DNA of 62,304 nucleotides, filler included. It is 3 parts of 3 records of this genome, joined end to end, with 100 filler letters (N's around TTAATTAATTAA, not from the genome) between each part and the next. Parts side by side here need not be neighbours in the genome. Positions count along the whole stretch, not along the records: positions 55,795 to 62,304 come from DRR723986_7289; 2 more parts are not named here. The stretch is one strand, 5' to 3'. The notes beneath the pieces are model-generated. The model saw only the letters and a list, made by a program, of their open reading frames with translations. It was not told the DNA's origin and did no database searches. Each line of letters starts with the position of its first letter. Position 1 is the stretch's first letter. Positions 61,701 to 62,304 of this stretch are shown in pieces. The position numbers and the translations under genes were made by a program.

Positions 61701-62304
61701 AAACGCGCTACGCAGTGCAGGTGGTGCCCGCGGACGCGCCGAGCGCGGGACCGGCCGTGCTGTCCGGCAGCGGGACCGAGGTGCTTGTGGACTTCGACCA
61801 AGCCACCGACCGTGGCGGGCACGCCGCCGACGAGCCCGTGGACTGCGGCCTGTTCTTCGCAGCGTCCAGCGTGGCGCTGTTGGGCGATGCGGGCGGGCTG
61901 GCGTGCGTGTTCGAGGGGGCCGACGACGACGCCGTGCTGACGGTCCGGCTCGGGTACGGCGCGACCGTGGCGGGCGGCTCGCAGCTCACGCTCCGCGGCA
62001 GCGTGGTCGGGGCGCGCGGCGGGAACTCGCTGCTGACGGGCGAGACCGTCCTCACGGTGGCGCTCCCTCCTGAAGGCGAGCAGCTCCGCCCCACCGCCGT
62101 CCTCGTGGGGCCCACGCTGGTGTCGGCGTGCACCCGGCTGGAGCTCGACGCGCGCGACTCGGTTGGGGCCGGAGGACGACCCATGGCCGCCGTGGACTGG
62201 ACCGTCCTGAACACGGTCCCCGACCACGCCGCCGTGCAGGCCGTGCTGGACGGGTTCCGCGACGCCAACGTGGCCACGCTGCCCGCCGACACGCTGCAGG
62301 CCGG
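55799..62304 (+). CDS. Partial spliced eukaryotic gene (exons 55799-56089, 56160-57284, 57372-62304+) encoding a giant filamin-like Ig-repeat protein that leads into a PKD/REJ-like region
   Basis: Recurring D-x-[YF]-[GDN]-N motifs every ~300-400 nt (55882, 56246, 56534, 56879 ... 61076, 61424); strong G/C third-position bias in one frame that stays open to the window end; C-terminal PTAVLVGP..SACTRLELDARDSVGAGGR. Confidence 0.8.
56090..56159 (+). other. Spliceosomal intron, 70 nt, phase 1
   Basis: G|GTGAGT...pyrimidine-rich...CTCAG|G; contains the in-frame TGA, and its removal restores the repeat frame. Confidence 0.88.
57285..57371 (+). other. Spliceosomal intron, 87 nt, phase 1
   Basis: G|GTGAGC...T-rich tracts...TTGAC...TGCAG|A; abrupt loss of codon bias. 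Confidence 0.78.

Noticed and set aside
56065..62292. Very long minus-strand and off-frame ORFs (884, 1268, 513, 583 and 652 aa)
   Set aside because: Shadows of the GC3-biased plus-strand gene; they are Arg/Gly- or Ser/Thr-rich with no motifs, while the unlisted plus frame carries the repeats
55795..62304. Bacterial invasin or Big-domain adhesin with a frameshift
   Set aside because: The frame break is resolved exactly by a canonical GTGAGT...CAG intron, and a second intron-like segment is present, indicating a eukaryotic gene

Overview
The window is not one replicon. It is three unrelated contigs joined by 100-nt artificial linkers (44 N + TTAATTAATTAA + 44 N). (1) 1-24890 is a GC-rich alphaproteobacterium, Rhodobacteraceae-like by inference. 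It carries a partial DUF442-SQR gene with an SqrR-type operator, zapE, a Pho-box-controlled C-P lyase (phn) cluster in which phnN and phnM form one in-frame ORF and phnP/DUF1045 are missing, a MoxR-DUF58-BatA/DUF4159 cluster, two DMT transporters and the last codons of groEL. (2) 24991-55694 is a mid-GC Burkholderiales betaproteobacterium, possibly Limnobacter-like. It carries secA, an M23 peptidase, dciA, lpxC, the full dcw cluster, MraZ boxes, an RNase P RNA overlapped by a DUF3025 ORF, pyrC and several hydrolases. (3) 55795-62304 is a high-GC eukaryotic gene fragment with GT-AG introns. It encodes about 2100 aa of roughly 17 filamin-like Ig repeats followed by a PKD/REJ-like region, and most of it is missing from the ORF track. 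Most of the window is well-known biology. The best novelty candidates are the PhnN-PhnM fusion and the giant filamin-repeat/REJ protist protein. No CRISPR array, transposase, tRNA or rRNA was seen. All family assignments come from motif recognition, not database searches.
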